A stretch of 63,447 nt of DNA, the filler included, from Octopus bimaculoides (taxonomy: Eukaryota), in NCBI RefSeq assembly GCF_001194135.2. It is 5 parts of 5 records of this genome, joined end to end, with 100 filler letters (N's around TTAATTAATTAA, not from the genome) between each part and the next. Parts side by side here need not be neighbours in the genome. Positions count along the whole stretch, not along the records: positions 21,371 to 36,376 come from NC_068997.1; 4 more parts are not named here. The stretch is one strand, 5' to 3'. The notes under the pieces were generated by a model. It had not been told where the DNA came from. It worked only from the letters and a program-made list of their open reading frames with translations, and ran no database searches. A program made the position numbers and the translations under genes. Below, in pieces: positions 23,379 through 36,307 of the stretch. Each line of letters starts with the position of its first letter. The stretch's first letter is position 1.

Positions 23379-23424
<46 letters not shown>

Positions 23425-23514
23425 AGTGCGTGTGTACATGTTTATATGTATGTATGCATTTATATATGCAGATTTGTATGTATGTATGTATGTATGTATG
23501 TATGTATGTATGTA

Positions 23515-23612
23515 TGTCATCCTTCAATTTTATTTCAAGATTTCTTGCCAATAGAGAAAGACCTGTCTTCTAACCTAGACCCAAATTTCTTCATTGGAAT
23601 TTCATCTTCAAC
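23515..23612 (-). repeat. Second copy of the (CATA)n-fused dispersed repeat
   Basis: Homologous to 2530-2626. Confidence 0.75.
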
Positions 23613-23871
23613 TACAGGCTCTTTTGGAAGGATCTATGTATGCATGTGTGCATATGTACGTGCATACACGTGCGTGTGCGCCTTTGTCCGTATGTATGTA
23701 CAAGAATATTTGTCCATATGAAAGAAGGCGAACAGCTATGTGGCCTACTTCATAAATATTCATTATGCAGAATGTGTATACATCTGTCAATGTGTGTGAG
23801 TGCAAGCTAGTTTGTGTGTGTCTGTGCAAGCTAGTTTGTGTATGCCTGTGCAAGAGTGTATGAGTGACTGT

Positions 23872-23955
<84 letters not shown>

Positions 23956-24374
23956 TTGACACTAGTTTAAGTTGCAGTAATATTTGTAGTAGCTTCAAGA
24001 TTCATCGAAGAATATCGCCATGTATTTTGTGATATTTTATATATTTCTTATTTGCTAATATATTATCTATATATTTATTTTATTTATGCTTTGCTTATTT
24101 TATGTTAACTTATTTATTTGTAAGATTAATCTCCTTCTTCGTCACTTCGATTTCTTTTTCTTTCTGTTTTCAATTTTGATGGTTATTTATCTTTATTTAT
24201 CTATTTCATGTTATTTTTCTAGTTGAAAATTATGGCGATCTATTCACTACATTGATAAATGTTGGTTAGCCTCATACTGGATTACAAACAATACAGAAAT
24301 AATTATATACAACCATATGTTTGGGCGTGTGCAGTACATACATACATACATACATACATACGTTTACTCATACA

Positions 24375-24424
<50 letters not shown>

Positions 24425-24438
24425 NNNNNNNNNNNNNN

Positions 24439-24489
<51 letters not shown>

Positions 24490-25031
24490 ATAATTGTATG
24501 CCTATAAACAGTTATTTTATGTATGCATATACATGTATGTGTGTATGTATATATATGTACGTATGTATGTTTATGCATACATATATATGCATGTATATAG
24601 ATAGATAGATAGATAGATAGAAAGATAGATAGATAGATAGATATATGTATGCATATGTACGTGTAAATTTATGTAAACAGCTCCTCTCACACACACACAA
24701 ATTTACAAATTTGTAAATACATATAATTAGTAGATATATCTCAATATTATACATAACACGTGTAAGTGCGTGTACTCAAATCCGTTTATTTGTGTGTCTG
24801 TTATTTTAGCCATGCCATACACTCCGATCAAATCAAATATAATGCAGTTACTTTGAACATCATTAAACTAAAACATAGCTTTTCATAAAAACATGCAGAA
24901 CGGCGCCATGTTTTTTTGTATCATCTATCCGATCTGACAATATTTTTACACACTCTCACACACACCCCATTCATATACACACATACAGACATTCTCTCAT
25001 TTTCTCTCTCTCTCTCTCTTCTCTCTCTCTC

Positions 25032-25079
<48 letters not shown>

Positions 25080-25454
25080 CCTATCCATTTATCTATCTAT
25101 CTGTCTCTCTTACTACAAGTTTATCAAATACAGAACATCATGTCAGCTACAATATTTCTAAGAATTCCTGACACAAAACTTAGCAATTATATGTCGGAAG
25201 AAACGGAAGAATTTTCTTGAGGAAATTTGAGAAATGACTTTCTGTTGAATTTGGACATGTCGGAATTGTTTTCTTTCGATTTCGTCGTTTAACATTCTCT
25301 AAAGATCTATGTCATTGGTGTATCGAACTCTTCGTACACATCGATTAACATCCTTTAATTAAATCACGGCAAAAGAACAACCAAATGATAAATGATTCAT
25401 TGGAAAGAAGAGGTGAGTTTGATATATCTATACATATATGTATGTGCATGTGTG

Positions 25455-26160
25455 TGTCAGATGCAGTGAAGTTGCATGACTGGGTCGTTAGAATGTTGCA
25501 CTCACTATCGCAAGACGGTGGTTTCGATTTGCCGATCGGTTGGTGCGCTGTCTTCTTGAGCAAAAGCTTCATTTCATATTACTCCGCTGATGAGTAACCT
25601 TGTGTCGGACTGTCATCCAGTTAACGATGTCGAATAGCCAGGGGAGTCACGTCTTTTAAAAACTACAAAAATGGGAGGAACCGCATCGTAATAAGTGGTG
25701 TCAAATGACATCTGATAGTCTGGTTATTTGGTTGATACAGTAATAGTGATGTGTACCCACACACACACAGACGCACACACACGCACGCTCACATGTAGCT
25801 GTGTGGTAAGAAGTTTGCTTCCCATTCACATGGTTTCGGGTTCAGTCACATTGTGTGACACCTTGAGCAAGTGTATTCTACAAAAGCCTCGGGCCGACGA
25901 AAGCCCTGTGAGTTGATTTGTTTGACGGAAACTGAAAGAAGCGCGTGGTATATAAATATGTGTGTGTGTCTTTGTGTTTGTACCCCACCACCCTTTGGCA
26001 AATGCTGTTGGTTTGTTTACGTTCCCTAACTTACCGGTTCGGCAAAAGAGACCGACAGAAAAGCACCAGACTCAAAAATAATAAGTACTGGGATCGTCTC
26101 GTCCGAATAAATCCCTCATGGCGGTTCGCCAGCGTGGCTACAATGTGAAACAAATAAAAG
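25455..26160 (+). mobile_element. Degenerate CORE-type SINE (25455-25635) and full-length family D SINE (25790-26160)
   Basis: tRNA-like heads, CTTGAGCAA CORE motif; family D has an internal (TG)n and the GGTTCGGCAAAAGAGACCGA tail. Confidence 0.75.
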
Positions 26161-26394
26161 GAAAAATAAGAAATGTGGTATAATAGAATAGAGGCATAAA
26201 CGGACGAACAACTGCTTTCAGATCTGATTGTGAGATTTATATTTTTAAACATTGATACAATATGAGGTGTGACTTGAATATCATTGGGATATAGATCACA
26301 AGATGTCGATAAAATATTTGGAATCTACCTACGATGAGCAGATTTATCTACAATCTTAATATCAAGAATTTGAAATTACTGTATAAATAAGAAC

Positions 26395-26820
26395 AAAATC
26401 TGTGCAGCAAGCTAGTTGGGAGATCGGAATTTCAAACTGAAGTGTTCATTTAATTTTCATGCGATGTCAGTGGAAAGATTACATTCTAAGAATAGTCCAT
26501 GTTCCCAATGAAAATGATCCGGATAGAAGAATGGGGTTTTGCGGGTAATTTGCAAGATATGCGGACGATATACATTTTCCAAAGTTTGCCAGGATTAACG
26601 AGGCTACGTTTAATTCAAATGAATTAATTCACTGCTACAAGTGCATCTACAGGAGTGTAGAGGCGCGTGTCTTAGTAGTTAGAGTGTTGAATTCATGATC
26701 GTAAAATTGTGGTTTCAATCCCTGGAACGGACGACACGTTGTGTTCTTAAGCAAATCATTTCATTTCACGTTGCCCCTGTCCACTAAGTAGGCAAAATGA
26801 GTAATCCTGTGGCGGATTAG
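26395..26820 (+). mobile_element. Partial second copy of the Tc1/mariner transposase segment with the same SINE insertion
   Basis: Colinear with 28788-29215, including the SINE head right after GCATCTACAG. Confidence 0.85.
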
Positions 26821-27659
26821 ACAGCAAGTCGACCTGGGCATCAATTGAATACACCTATTTTACATCATTAGGCGCGAGAATGCCTGAATTTTATGTGTAT
26901 GTATATATACACATTATATATTTTGTATATACATACATACATACATATAATTTCTTCCTGCGCTGACAAAGCGGGACTAGAAAAATTATTTAATATACAT
27001 ATTAAAATTAACGACATTGTTAAAGTGAACTCCACTTAAACATACTTTTTCTGCCTTTCTCAGATTCATTCTATGTAGAGGTAAACAGAAATATATAATT
27101 TTCTTCCAATATTAGTTTGTTTACAAACAATTACAACGAAATATTTTTCTTTAAATTACTCAAATACTTTAAGTACACAAATACAGACGCGAATACACAT
27201 TTATACTTAGACACACGTGAATATAGACATATAAGGAGAGTTTAAATATATCATTCAAAGCTATGTTTGTAGAGAAATTAAACAATGTTACACGTGGAGT
27301 CATGTGACAGCTATACTTGAAGTTGTATTATGGGTATTTAATATCCAGCTTTAAATGAAAATATATAATACAATACAAATAATGCTCTGCGTACATACAC
27401 ACATACACACATATAATATGTGTGTGTGCCTGTCTGTCTGTCTAGATACATACATATATTAAAATAATTACATATATATTTTTAAAATAATTATTTAGTC
27501 TCTCACGTTCCTGACTGGAGACGAACCACAATACATAAATACAGACAGAACAGACAAACACATCTGTGTGCGCGTGTATGCATATGTGCGTGTGTTTTAT
27601 GTATGTATGTGTGCATGCCTGCTTGTGTGTATGTGTGTGTGCGTGTGTGTGTGTGTATG

Positions 27660-27850
27660 TGTTGTTGTTGTTTTTCGTCCTGCAGGATGCCCAACCATCA
27701 CCCTCCTCACCAAGCAGGCGTCATGGGAATGCCAGTCTAGTCGCCGACAACCCAACCATGGAACAAGTTGTACTGGGCTATATGTTACCAGTAGCGCCCA
27801 AGAGTGACCTGACATAATAAGACCTGCGAAAATGGCAGAAGAGTCCATGA
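27660..27850 (-). mobile_element. Retroposon 3' end with (CAA)n tail
   Basis: Minus strand ends ...GGGCATCCTGCAGGACGAAAAACAACAACAAC. Confidence 0.4.
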
Positions 27851-29040
27851 GCGGTCAACGGCCATCCAACGATATATGTACATGCGTATGTATACATGTA
27901 TGTATGCGCGAGGAAATGGAATTACCTGAATTGGAGTCCAGGCGCACGGTCGACCCACTGGGAACGAGAGGCTACTCTATTGTTGTCACAACATCTCTCT
28001 AGGAGAAGGAGACTCTGATAGAAAACCTGCGACAGGGATAATTTTCGATGATGTAGACTAGTTCTTGTTTTCCAGTTGTCTATGTCCAGAGAGTGGGATT
28101 GGATTTGTGCAAATCCTTTCCTCTCAAAAAAAAAAAAAAAAAAAATCATCGTGCACAGCCATCACTTGAAGAAAAAGTAAGACCTATCACAAGAATGGCT
28201 GGTCGTAATTTCGAACACGAGTTTGCAGCCATCATGCATGCATGTATGTATGTATGTATGCATGTATGTATGTATGTATGTATGTATGTCAGTATATATG
28301 TATATCCATAAACGGCATAATATAATTATAAATTCTTAACCCGAAAAATAGCTTTCAGGAAAATTAAAATACAGACATTTTACTTTATTTATTCCTTTGC
28401 TTGTGTCATTTTTAAGACACATCTGAGAACTATCTGTCGACCAATATATCTATTAATCTCTATATATGGTGTTCTAAAAAGTGTATACACACTTTAACAG
28501 CTGATGACTCAATTTGTAATTCTCTTTACAATTAGTCTAATAGCTATAATGAACGAACCCAGACTAAGATTTAACCTAAAAGTCGGCTGAAAGTTTGAAA
28601 ATGCAATCCAAGTTATCAGAAGGGAATTTCAAATAGGTTCATCAACGCGAAAAACTCTCACTGACTTTAGAGAAGTTTAAAGTGAACGGAACGGTTCAGA
28701 TGTCCACAAAAACGTTCTGGAAGACCACGGGCATTGACGAACCCCATAAAGCAAGAATGTATTAGAAAAGTACTGCTTGAGTTCAAGAAAATCTGTGCGG
28801 CAAGCTAGTCGGTAGATCGGGATTTCAAACTCAATTGTTCCTCATGTGATATCAGTGGAAAAATTACATTGTAAGAATAATCCATGTTCCCAATGAAAAT
28901 GAACCGGACCGAAGAATGGAGTTTTGCGAGTAATTTGCAAGATATGTAGAGGATATACATTGTCCAACAAAGTTTGCTTGGACTGACTGGGCTACATTTA
29001 ATTTAAATGATTCAATTTACCCCCACAAGTGCATCTACAG

Positions 29041-29290
29041 GGGTGAGGAGGCGCTTGGCTTAGTGATTAGGGTGTTGAACTCATGATCGTAAAATTGTGG
29101 TTTCAATCCCTGGACCTGACGACACGTTGTGTCCTTGAGCAAATCACTTTATTTCTCGCTGCTCCAGTTCTCTCAGCTGGCAAAAATGAGTAATCCTGCG
29201 ACGGACTGGCGTTCCGTCCAGGAAACCGATAAACCGGCCCTTATGAGACGATATGACTCGAGAAGGCAACCTTACCTTTTTTAACTTAAC
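29041..29290 (+). mobile_element. CORE-type SINE nested in the transposase gene
   Basis: TSD CTACAG at 29035-29040 and 29291-29296; removal restores ...CIYSYPENP. Confidence 0.85.
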
Positions 29291-29509
29291 CTACAGCTAT
29301 CCTGAAAATCCTGAATTGCGGAAGAACGTCACGTTAATTTAGCAGGAGTTTATAGTATGATGCAATTTATCGTCAAAAAAAAAAATTAATAGGACCATTA
29401 TTCTTTGATGGTACTGTGATTGGTCCCATTTACTTGAACTTGCTACGATGATCTATTATTCCAAGTATTCAAGGGGACTTTGAAGGTGACTAGAGCATTT
29501 AATCCTCAT

Positions 29510-29687
29510 GGACAATAACCCCACAAGGAGAGTTACCTCTGAGGACAACAGATGATGGTTTAAAACTTCTTAATAAATTTGAGAAGAGGTAATTAACCGA
29601 GGTGGAGGTAATTGTCCTAGGGGGTAGTTGTCGGCGGGGGAATTGTCCTAGGTGGGGGGAATAATTGTCCTAGAGAGTAATTGTCCT
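29510..29687. mobile_element. MITE-like insert with reiterated (T)AATTGTCCT subterminal motifs
   Basis: AATTGTCCT x4 at the right end, inverted GGACAAT/AGGACAA at the left end; interrupts the transposase. Confidence 0.55.
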
Positions 29688-31022
29688 CTTATGCTTTTTC
29701 CAGTAAGAGAGGCTTCCCGACTACAACGATAATTGATGATGTTTAGCCAAACAGTTGGAATAGACAAAGAGATACAATAGAATACCCTCTGTATAGGCCA
29801 GACTACACTACTGAACCTTTTATGGAAGTACTTAGAAGCTAAGGTTTACGGTGCAAACGGACGACAGTCGATATAATGAGGGCAGTCACTGAACGAGACT
29901 GCGCACAGATATTAAACGAAATGATTTTTGACGTTTGCAACTTCATTACTCCTCGCTGTTAGCAGTACCAGGAGAAGAACGATCTTCTGTCTGAAACCAG
30001 AAATTCATAAAAATATCAAATTCTGTTTGTAGATTCTATAAAGTTTTGAAAACGAACTGTATTAAGAAACACTCACTTCATAATCATTCAAACTATGTAA
30101 AGTGTATAAACATTTTTGGAAAAAACTGTAAACACACACACACAAACACGCGCGCGTACGCACGCACACACACACACACACACACATAATCTATTTTCAT
30201 AATTACTATCATGATGCTGCATGTTCGAAGCTGTTGTTAAAGTAGAATATTGCTAAGTACATAAGCAATTTTATGTGTGGCTTGTAACTTCCTGTGAAGC
30301 TTCGCTAAACACCTACGCCATTTTATGTAATCTGTAGTTAAGCTATAAATCGTAGCTGCGAATTTGTGACATATACTTGAGAAATGATTCTTAAAAGTAT
30401 GGGTTAGGGTGTCATGTAATATTTTCGCTATGAAGCTGAAACACGCTTCTACACATTTCTATGGTCGAACAAATGAAAATTTCTCTGGTGTTTATATGGC
30501 TTCAGTTCTGTATACGCGAAACGGAAGTATTTGTCATGAACAATGAGGGGGCTACTGAAATAGCTACAAGCTACACTGGAATGGCTCACCCAGGAGGAAA
30601 GTGATCGTAACTTGCTATAATAAACAGCAAACCTCAAAAACTACAGACCCATAACCTGTATACCTACAGCAGAGAAATACCTTAACTGCAACGTTATTGC
30701 AAGGGATAATTACCCAAAAAAACACCCCCTAATTTCCAGAAGAGAACATGCGATGTTGCAAGTGTTCATATCATTATGAAGATCAATTACTGATCAATAA
30801 AGCTATTATAGATGATAGGAGAAGGTGAGAAAAGTGTGCGGAGCTAAATAATGTTTGTGTATTGTTGGAACATTAGCCATGAGTAAGGTAGCATGAACAA
30901 TAAGAGGATACATCAAACATGCCATGAATAAATGACTGACAAATGGACTGCTACAAACAAAACAGAGTTATAAAAACTAACCTCTTCACCGTTAGAAGCG
31001 GAATGTTCCAAGGAACTTTCCT

Positions 31023-31063
<41 letters not shown>

Positions 31064-31559
31064 GCACACACACACACACACACACACATACTCTCTCACT
31101 CTCTCTCTCTCTCTCTCTCTCTTTCTCCTTGCTTGATGTTAACACCCTTGACTAACATGTACGAACAGATTGGATTTGCATACAAATGCTATGGCGGTGT
31201 GGGCGGCACTCAGCCAGCTTTTGTAAATGGATTACGTCAGGGCATATGCTGCGGATCACAAACAATTGGAAGCGATGTTAAACACGGATCCGAGAGAAGA
31301 GTTAATGTGAAATTTAATCAAGAAAAATATCGTATCTGAGGAAAATTAATATAAAATTCGTCGATATCGTATCAGAGATAATGAAATATAGGTATGCGAA
31401 GATTACCCAAACATAGAATTATAAAAACATTAGAATTGAATGGACAAGATTCACAAATAAAACGGAAGTTTAATAATGCATTAAACTAATGTTTGGAACT
31501 GGGGTAAATGCCCAAATAAGGTAATGGTTATCAAAAATATATCTGTCCTAGAAAGAAGT

Positions 31560-32509
31560 TTAGGAGAATGTAAAAGGAATTTTGTCCACAAATTTTGCAN
31601 NNNNNNNNNTAAAAGGAATTTTGTCCACAAATTTTGCACTTATCACTTTCTGATGTGTTGTCTATTCTGTATTTTATGTAATTCGTTCTTAATGCTTGCT
31701 CTTGGGCAGTACAGATTAGAGCCCCCGTTTCCGGTTTTAAATCCTTATTAGTCATCCATAGCCATCTTTTTTGTCTGTCTGTCTTATCTTCAACATCTCC
31801 ATGAAATTGTCCATGCATTCTTGTCTTAATCTACCAATTTTCAGTTTCATTCATTCTCAAGTCCTTGTACAGTGCTTTATCTTTGTAATCTTCCATCCTA
31901 CACAAGCCTGACCTTCTTACTTCCAATAAAAGCGGTTCTGTGACATTTTTTACATACCATACTATATTGTTTTCTTCTCCACTGATACTGTGTTCGTATC
32001 CAATCAGTCCTCTAACCCCTCTTTTTCTTGGTACATACAGTCTGTCTGTATCACTTTTTGGATACAGTATCTCATATGTTGTCAGGAACTTACTTGCCTT
32101 TCTGTCTAAGCTGCTTAGCTCGTCTACTGTCCATGCGATTACCCCTGCTCCATATCTAAGTACTGAAAGCACCCAGGTGTTTATAACTTCAATCTTGTTC
32201 CGTCCGTTTAATATCAGTCTCAGTCTGCTCAAGTGCTCCACCTTAAAATTTTCTGTCATTTCTTCATCAATTTATCCATTTCCAAAATCCCCAAGTAATT
32301 ATAGCCCGTCTCTTCTATCTGTTTTATAACCTCTCTCGACAGTATTGCTAGCCCGTCCATACGTTTGAGTTTGCTTCTCTTCAAGACTAACACACCCCAC
32401 TTTTTCAGTCCGAAATCGATTCTGATATCAGTACTGAATGTATACACCGTATCAACGATGGCCCTGACTTGGGATTCATCTTTACCATAAAGTTTGAGTT
32501 CATCCATAT
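31560..32509 (-). mobile_element. R4/Dong-clade non-LTR retrotransposon internal fragment (RT C-terminal half to zinc knuckle)
   Basis: YMDELKLYGK...FSTDIRIDFGLKK...YNYLGILE; NKIEVINTWVLSVLRYGAG...LDRK...DRLYVPRKRGVRGL; DLKPETGALICTAQEQALRTN...CKICG; frameshifted. Confidence 0.9.
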
Positions 32510-32529
32510 ATATATATATATGTTGTTGT

Positions 32530-32750
32530 ACTTGGGGATGGTCATATTGCCAGTTTAGCCAATAAAAACACACGCACTGTATATTTGGTGTTAATTTGCT
32601 TCAGCTTTATATTACATTAATCTTAATCTTATTTCGGCCAGAGTTCTTTCGTCACACTTCTGTGACCTCATCAGTGGTCCTTTGTTTCCTTCCTTCTTAT
32701 GTGTGTCTCACCTTGCTAACTATCAGCCATTTTGTATTTTGTATATATAT
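32530..32750 (-). mobile_element. PLE terminal (pLTR-like) module with HHR, bounded by (TA)n
   Basis: Same strand as, and about 540 bp (mostly gap) downstream of, the GIY-YIG end; homologous to 13237-13460. Confidence 0.7.
32636..32680 (-). ncRNA. Hammerhead ribozyme candidate (type I, intact core)
   Basis: Minus strand: GGACCA CUGAUGA G GUCACA-GAAG-UGUGAC GAAA GAAC UC|UGGCC; helix II 6 bp perfect. Confidence 0.75.
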
Positions 32751-33290
32751 ATATATATATNNNNNNNNNNNNNNNNNNNNNNNNNNNNNNNNNNNNNNNN
32801 NNNNNNNNNNNNNNNNNNNNNNNNNNNNNNNNNNNNNNNNNNNNNNNNNNNNNNNNNNNNNNNNNNNNNNNNNNNNNNNNNNNNNNNNNNNNNNNNNNNN
32901 NNNNNNNNNNNNNNNNNNNNNNNNNNNNNNNNNNNNNNNNNNNNNNNNNNNNNNNNNNNNNNNNNNNNNNNNNNNNNNNNNNNNNNNNNNNNNNNNNNNN
33001 NNNNNNNNNNNNNNNNNNNNNNNNNNNNNNNNNNNNNNNNNNNNNNNNNNNNNNNNNNNNNNNNNNNNNNNNNNNNNNNNNNNNNNNNNNNNNNNNNNNN
33101 NNNNNNNNNNNNNNNNNNNNNNNNNNNNNNNNNNNNNNNNNNNNNNNNNNNNNNNNNNNNNNNNNNNNNNNNNNNNNNNNNNNNNNNNNNNNNNNNNNNN
33201 NNNNNNNNNNNNNNNNNNNNNNNNNNNNNNNNNNNNNNNNNNNNNNNNNNNNNNNNNNNNNNNNNNNNNNNNNNNNNNNNNNNNNNNNNN

Positions 33291-35075
33291 ATTTAGCGCG
33301 GTGGCAACATCTTGGTATCTTTTTGGCTTGCTTGTTTCACAACTTTTCGTACACTTTACAGAATGCGCAAGGCATCTTCAAGGCATACGCCGTATATTAC
33401 ATTATATGGGTGTGCATCTTTGTTTATTATTGACCATTCTATTTCATATTTTATTTTTCCTTCTTTTAATCTCCGTACCAGTTTCGCTAGTGATGTTGCG
33501 TGTCGTCGGCTTATCTTTCGGAACGAGGAGATATGATTTCGATAACAGACCTTTAAATGGTTTTCGGAGGCCCCTATATATGCGTATCTATGTTGTTGTG
33601 TGGTGATTGTGCATTTGTATATGATGTTTTTTTTTGTATGCATTTGCTCCTGAGCGGGCATACATATTTCTTGCGACAGCTGCAATGATTTGGTCTATTA
33701 TTATTTTTGTTATTTGGTAGCTTTTTGCTTTTGTTTTTGTAATGTTCCGGTTGATCAGTAGTGTCTGAGGTGTTCTTGATGTTATAGCCTGTTGATTCTC
33801 GATTGAGTTATAACTGTCGGGGGCTCTATGTATGTTTTTGTGATCCCTATTGTGTTTATTTTTATTGTTCCTCTACCCTTAGTTGTTTTGCTCTGTTTCT
33901 TCCTTATCTGTGGTCGTTGTTTGTATTTGTAGGTTTTATTGTTGCCTTTGTGTATGTAGTACTCTATGTTGTTGTATATGGCGGCGTACGATTCTGTCAT
34001 TGTTGAAGATACGGTGCTATTTATATGTTTTAGGGAAGCACCAAGAACGCTGCAAAGAATTCTTTATCTATCTTCAATGATATTTGCAATCCGAAAATTG
34101 GGTTATCACCATAAGACCTCGTAATTTTTGTATTCTTCTTTTGGTTCCTTTAGCCTACTTTGTATGTTGTTAGCACTTCGTACGTCGTTTTTGCTATTAT
34201 TGTTATTCTTTTGGGTTTTGTTTATTTTTTCCTATCTTTCCATTGTGTCTTGGGTTTTGTGCTTTTATTATGTCCTTGTTATTGTTTTACATGTTGTGTG
34301 CGTTTTCTATTTTATTTGCGTGAGTGTTAGTATTATTTAGGGCTTCGACAGGAGTGAAATTGATTTATTTCCTTATACCTTACCCTAGCAAATGCTTCAT
34401 TGTAGTAAGGTGCATGTTGGTTGAATATTGTCTCAGTGGCTAATAGGTGTGATATTCTGGTGGCTAAGTTCCTAACTATTCCTTTGGTTATGGGTGGTGG
34501 GTGACTGGACTTCACATTTATGTATCTAGGACACTCCTTCGGTTTATGGTGTGGTTTGTACATCCCTGTTTCTAAGTTAAAAGTAACATCTAAGAAATTT
34601 ACTTTACGGTAATTACTATTTTTGGTTATAGATAATTCGAAATCTTTAATTAATTTGTGTTGTTCTTTTTCTGTATCTCTCTCTATTTCTACTTTAGTAC
34701 AATTATTTATTACGAAAAGGGCATCGTCTCTATAGATCACCTGCTATTTATGGAAATGAGGATTTGATGTGGAATAAAACCTATTGGTATATCGAAGGAA
34801 TTCGCTCAAACCTATTGGTATATTGAAGGAATTCGTTCTATTTGATCTCGTCCATAGTTTGTTGTCGTAATTGATAATGGTTTGTTGTGCTGTTAATATT
34901 ATGTCTACATCTAATTTTAGATAGGCTAGAATTTTCCAATGCAAATTTTAATGCTTTATTGAGTATTATAGGGTTAATTGTGGAGTAACAGTTATCTATA
35001 TCTAATTATATAAGTTTAGTGCTTTTCCCATTTTCTATTTTTTTAAACCATCCTATTATCTCCTGAATGTTTCAC
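33291..35075 (-). mobile_element. Penelope-like element, degenerate RT + GIY-YIG endonuclease
   Basis: EIIGWFKKIEN...LDIDNCYSTI...KALKFA; YRDD; VNFLDVTFNL; YINVKSSHPP; NIIYKCTI...YIGASENHLKVCYRNHISSF; NKQAKKIPRCCHRAK; stops and frameshifts. Confidence 0.9.
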
Positions 35076-35760
35076 CATAAGGTAAGTACAATCTTAATTT
35101 TGACATATTAGTTTTACTTTAGGGTCGCTATCAAAGTATGTAGGTGACTGAGCGTTAGTACGTATATGGATACAATTGGTCGATTCTTCAAGATCAGCTA
35201 AGGACAATTGCATGTGAAACCAACAATGAAGAAAAAACCAACAGCACAAAGAGATCAAATGCCAATACCTTTAAAACGGCAACCACTTTAGCAGTAGCAA
35301 AATCACCATCTCACAACATCTACACGTTCAAAGCAGTTTGCCAAAGGTCGTTCAGCAGCAACACACCTTGATAAACTCAATAACTACTACTAAATTCGGG
35401 CCACGACAGACAGAGAGGACGTTCTCGAAGTCTAGAATTTGAACTTACTGAGACAATATTTACATATCGTCTGAGGTAACACAACTAGATCTTATAATGC
35501 AAGGAAACGGCTGAATAATCAAGTAACTTCATGCGTGGAGAACTACGTTGCGTGGAAACAATTGTAGTGATAGAAAATAAATATCCAACCGTACTCCAAT
35601 TTTTTTCAATTATCAATTCACACTGGATAAATGCCCAAACTCAAACTTGGAAGTACGTACAATACTACTACTGGATAGCACCGGGTGAAATCTGAAGATC
35701 TGAAGGTGGACGAGCTTTATACTCTACTCAACTACGTTCTTAACAGAATATAGCATAACT

Positions 35761-35799
<39 letters not shown>

Positions 35800-36307
35800 T
35801 GCATAAAGATCAACGCAGATGCATGCAAACATTCAGGTATACGCTTACTTATGCGTATATATAAACTTTCATACATATATTACTCTTGCTTCCAGGCTAG
35901 ATACGTGTTTGAAAAATAAAAATAAAGCTAAGCCAAGCATACTTAGATACGTTTATATATAGATGCATATAGATAGAAGTGTGTGTGTGAGTGTGTGTGA
36001 GTACGCAAGCGCATTTTTGTGTGTATGGATACATGAAAGTATATAAACAGGACACAGTCGTGTGTCGATAAGCCAGCTGGAGGAGATGTCCTCCTGGGGC
36101 TAAAAGCAACAGTAACATCCACCCCTAGGGGTCAGCCACACTTAAGTGGCAATATACTACACTTTATCGTGCAGTTACTGTTAATACTTCATTTAGAGAA
36201 TTAACATTGCTTGTTTTCACCTTTTCAATATCAGTGAAGAATTTCACTGGAAAACAAGAGATAAGTTTGCCAGGTTTTTGTCTCTCTCACCAAGGTCATC
36301 AGCTGTC

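Larger units (their letters stand above)
28465..30128 (+). mobile_element. Degenerate Tc1/mariner-superfamily transposon with two nested insertions
   Basis: Imperfect TIRs flanked by TA (28463-28464, 30129-30130). Transposase remnants RSGRPR, KSVRQASR.IGISNS, PDRRMEFCE, WTDWATFNLN (first D region), LIGPLFFDGTV, FQ(Q)DG-like at 29698, FLWKYLEAKVY; many stops and frameshifts. Confidence 0.85.

Noticed and set aside
27686-27817. Strong-looking acceptor (TTTTTCGTCCTGCAG) plus a 43-codon terminal exon
   Set aside because: Better explained as the reverse complement of a retroposon 3' end with a (CAA)n tail; the peptide is unrecognisable
31571-31638. 29-bp direct repeat flanking a 10-N gap (duplicated CKICGQNSF)
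   Set aside because: Typical unmerged contig overlap; not a real zinc-knuckle duplication
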